A stretch of 64,000 nt of DNA from Thermoanaerobaculia bacterium (GTDB lineage Bacteria; Acidobacteriota; Thermoanaerobaculia; Gp7-AA8), in contig DATKCA010000026.1 in NCBI GenBank assembly GCA_035544675.1, forward strand, positions 11,671-75,670. The letters are read 5' to 3'. This document shows, piece after piece, positions 62,138 through 64,000 of this stretch. Each line of letters opens with the position of its first letter. Within the stretch, counting starts at the first letter, position 1. The notes below the pieces were generated by a model. It had not been told where the DNA came from. It searched no databases and worked only from the letters and a program-made list of their open reading frames with translations. The translations under genes and the position numbers were made by a program.

Positions 62138-62985
62138 GTTCCGGTGTGGCGCGTGTCCAGCTCCTCGCGCTTCATCTGCACGAACTGCTGGAGCGTCTCA
62201 GTGTAAATCTCGCTGTCGCGCCGCACGCGCATCGGCACACGCGAATCGTAGTACTGGCGTCCTTCTTCGATCTCCTTGTGCAGCACTTCGAAAAAGTTGT
62301 TGTCACGGATGGAATGCTCCACCTTCCCGGGGTGGTAGATGATGATGTCGGAGAGGATGAGCCGGGCCAGCCGGCGCGCCTCATCGTACTCGCGCGGCTC
62401 GACCAGCTCCGGGTGCGTCGTCTCGCCGACCTCGGGGAAGAGCTTGCGGATGATCTGGCGGAACTCCTTCTCCGGGATCTGCTCTTCGATGTACTCGTCC
62501 GCGCCGTAGAGATTGGTGGGGTTGGCGCGGAAGCGGTTGGCCCGGAAGAGCGCGCCGATCAGAATCACGCGCGTCTCCTGCAGCGAGGGATCGGACTTGA
62601 TCTCCTCCGACACTTCCACTCCCAGCTTTCCCTTCAGATAGACGTTGACGATCGCCAGCGCCGCCTTGCTGCGCCGGATGTATTCGAGGATCGGCTCGCC
62701 GTTCTCGAAGAAGACGACTTCGAATCCCAGGCGTATGAGCTGCTGGCCGAGGAACTCGCGAAACGGCCGCGGCTCGTCGGCGATGGCGGCCAGGCGGCCC
62801 CGCGGTGCGGTTGGGGCCTGGCTGTCCCCACCGGCGCGTGCCACGGCCGCAGGCAGCGCCCCCGCCCGCGGCTTCAGCACCATCACGTTCGTGCACGACG
62901 GACACGCCACGCGCACCGGTGCCGTCAGCGGAACCTGCACCGCCGCCCGGAACTTCGATGCGCAATGCCTACACGTGAGTTCCAT
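62134..62985 (-). CDS. zinc-ribbon (MJ0042-type) plus degenerate receiver-like domain protein
   Basis: N-terminal C-x2-C...C-x2-C (MELTCRHC...ACPSC). The receiver-like fold has its phospho-acceptor context changed: AIVNVYLKG stands where D is expected. I trimmed ORF 62134..63072. Confidence 0.65.
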   Translation of the reverse strand: MELTCRHCASKFRAAVQVPLTAPVRVACPSCTNVMVLKPRAGALPAAVARAGGDSQAPTAPRGRLAAIADEPRPFREFLGQQLIRLGFEVVFFENGEPILEYIRRSKAALAIVNVYLKGKLGVEVSEEIKSDPSLQETRVILIGALFRANRFRANPTNLYGADEYIEEQIPEKEFRQIIRKLFPEVGETTHPELVEPREYDEARRLARLILSDIIIYHPGKVEHSIRDNNFFEVLHKEIEEGRQYYDSRVPMRVRRDSEIYTETLQQFVQMKREELDTRHTGT

Positions 62986-63673
62986 GAACGAGGTTGTCCA
63001 GATCGAGAACGATGACCAGAGCGCCGGCCTGGTGGAACACGCCGCGAACCGACTCGTCGTGCTCGGTCGCATGCGTCACGGGATGCGGCTCCACCGCATC
63101 CACGTCGACCTTCACCACCCGCAGCACCCTGTCCACCACGAAGCCGATGTTCTCACTCTCCTGCCGCACCACCACGATACGCGTTTCCGGTCCCGGCTCG
63201 CCCTCTCTGCCGTGACCGAGCCGCCCGCGAACGTCGATGAGCGTGACGATGCTCCCGCGCAGGGAGAAGATCCCGACAATCGAGTCCTCCGTGTTGGGCA
63301 CCCGCGTCACCGGGCGCGGGGTGACGATCTCGGAGACGTGCTCGATGTCCAGCGCGTACTGCTCCCCCGCAATGATGAAGGTGAGCAGCTCGATCTGCGC
63401 TGCGGTCGCCTCAGCCCTGGCGGCCGCGGTGACCTGGCGCTGTCCGGCGGTCTCGAGGAATCGGGACAGCCTCTCGGAGGGAGCGCCGCCAGGTGGAGCG
63501 GCGCCCTTCCTGGCGGCGCCCTTCGTTTTCCGGGGAGCGGCGCCCTTGACGGCCGCCGACGCCGGTGAGGACACCGGCGCTCCATCTGTTTTCGCGGGCG
63601 CCGCGGTCTCCTCCTGAGGCCCCCGTTCCTTCCTCTCCTTCGCCTTCTTCCGGATCTTGACCAGGTCAACCAT
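62969..63673 (-). CDS. cheW: CheW-like coupling protein with a Lys/Ala/Pro-rich N-terminal extension
   Basis: The CheW core reads LLTFIIAGEQYALDIEHVSEIV...VPNTEDSIVGIFSLRGSIVTLIDV...IGFVVDRVLRVVKV. Confidence 0.85.
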   Translation of the reverse strand: MVDLVKIRKKAKERKERGPQEETAAPAKTDGAPVSSPASAAVKGAAPRKTKGAARKGAAPPGGAPSERLSRFLETAGQRQVTAAARAEATAAQIELLTFIIAGEQYALDIEHVSEIVTPRPVTRVPNTEDSIVGIFSLRGSIVTLIDVRGRLGHGREGEPGPETRIVVVRQESENIGFVVDRVLRVVKVDVDAVEPHPVTHATEHDESVRGVFHQAGALVIVLDLDNLVHGTHV

Positions 63674-64000
63674 GGGCGTGCTCCAGGCGGTGCTCGCGCC
63701 CGGCCGCTTCCACCCGGGGAGCGTCGATGGTGTCGGAGTCTTCGCCGAAGGCGTCGAGGAGGGCCGTCGTGGCCAGGGTATTGATGAGCCGGGGGATCCC
63801 GCCGCTCAGCGTGTGAATCTCTTCCATGGCCTGAGCGCTGAAGGGATTGCGGCTCGCGCCGGCGACACCGATCCGGTGGTCGATGTACTCGACCGTCTCC
63901 TGGAGCGAGAGCGCGTGCAGCTGATACCGCATCCCGATGCGCTGACGCAGCGCCGAATACGCCTTCCGGTCCAGCCGGGCCTCCAGCTCCGGCTGGCCGA
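63666..64000 (-). CDS. ExeA/GspA-like AAA ATPase, C-terminal part (gene continues past the window end)
   Basis: My own translation to the window edge reads ...GQPELEARLDRKAYSALRQRIGMRYQLHALSLQETVEYIDHRIGVAG...GGIPRLINTLA, a typical ExeA-family segment. Its stop overlaps the cheW start by 8 nt. Confidence 0.7.
   Translation of the reverse strand, partial: GQPELEARLDRKAYSALRQRIGMRYQLHALSLQETVEYIDHRIGVAGASRNPFSAQAMEEIHTLSGGIPRLINTLATTALLDAFGEDSDTIDAPRVEAAGREHRLEHAHG

Overview
The window is a high-GC bacterial chromosomal segment that is almost entirely coding. I call about 67 CDS, mostly on the minus strand, and found no rRNA, tRNA, CRISPR array, transposase or phage genes. Gene content loosely suggests an Acidobacteriota-like soil lineage (Bat/MoxR operon, Ser/Thr kinase fused to a TolB-like propeller, tricorn protease, bc complex with a multihaem cytochrome c), but this cannot be proven from the sequence alone.

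Main blocks:
- 1-9326: secreted hydrolases and peptidases.
- 9336-16229: a MoxR-DUF58-BatA/B/C/D operon.
- 16256-21321: rsmA, an outer-membrane protein, and a BlaI/BlaR1-like pair whose sensor domain is ankyrin repeats.
- 21511-24844: a NitT/TauT-type ABC importer whose binding-protein gene is interrupted by one in-frame TGA.
- 25022-32393: a Ser/Thr kinase, ftsY, and a ClpX-like ATPase.
- 32694-38896: housekeeping and cytochrome-oxidase assembly genes, bracketed by an inverted 108-nt repeat pair.
- 39090-52292: a 13-kb respiratory supercluster with ctaB, ctaA, aa3-type oxidase subunits II/IV/III/I, a cupredoxin, an octahaem cytochrome c, a split cytochrome b and a Rieske protein.
- 52444-56239: a HEAT protein, a polyferredoxin and glycosyltransferases.
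- 56677-64000: a Che-like cluster (CheY, GAF, CheB, CheR, HEAT, pseudo-receiver, CheW, ExeA-like ATPase) with no CheA or MCP in view.

I did not recognise a self-contained novel protein system such as a defence system. The most unusual signal is non-coding. Almost every intergenic gap, including gaps inside operons, is filled by hairpins whose arms are tandem arrays of 7-nt words. There is also a second hairpin family with a conserved GGTG-AGGA-CACC apex and covarying lower stems. All functional calls rest on motif recognition by eye; no database search was run.
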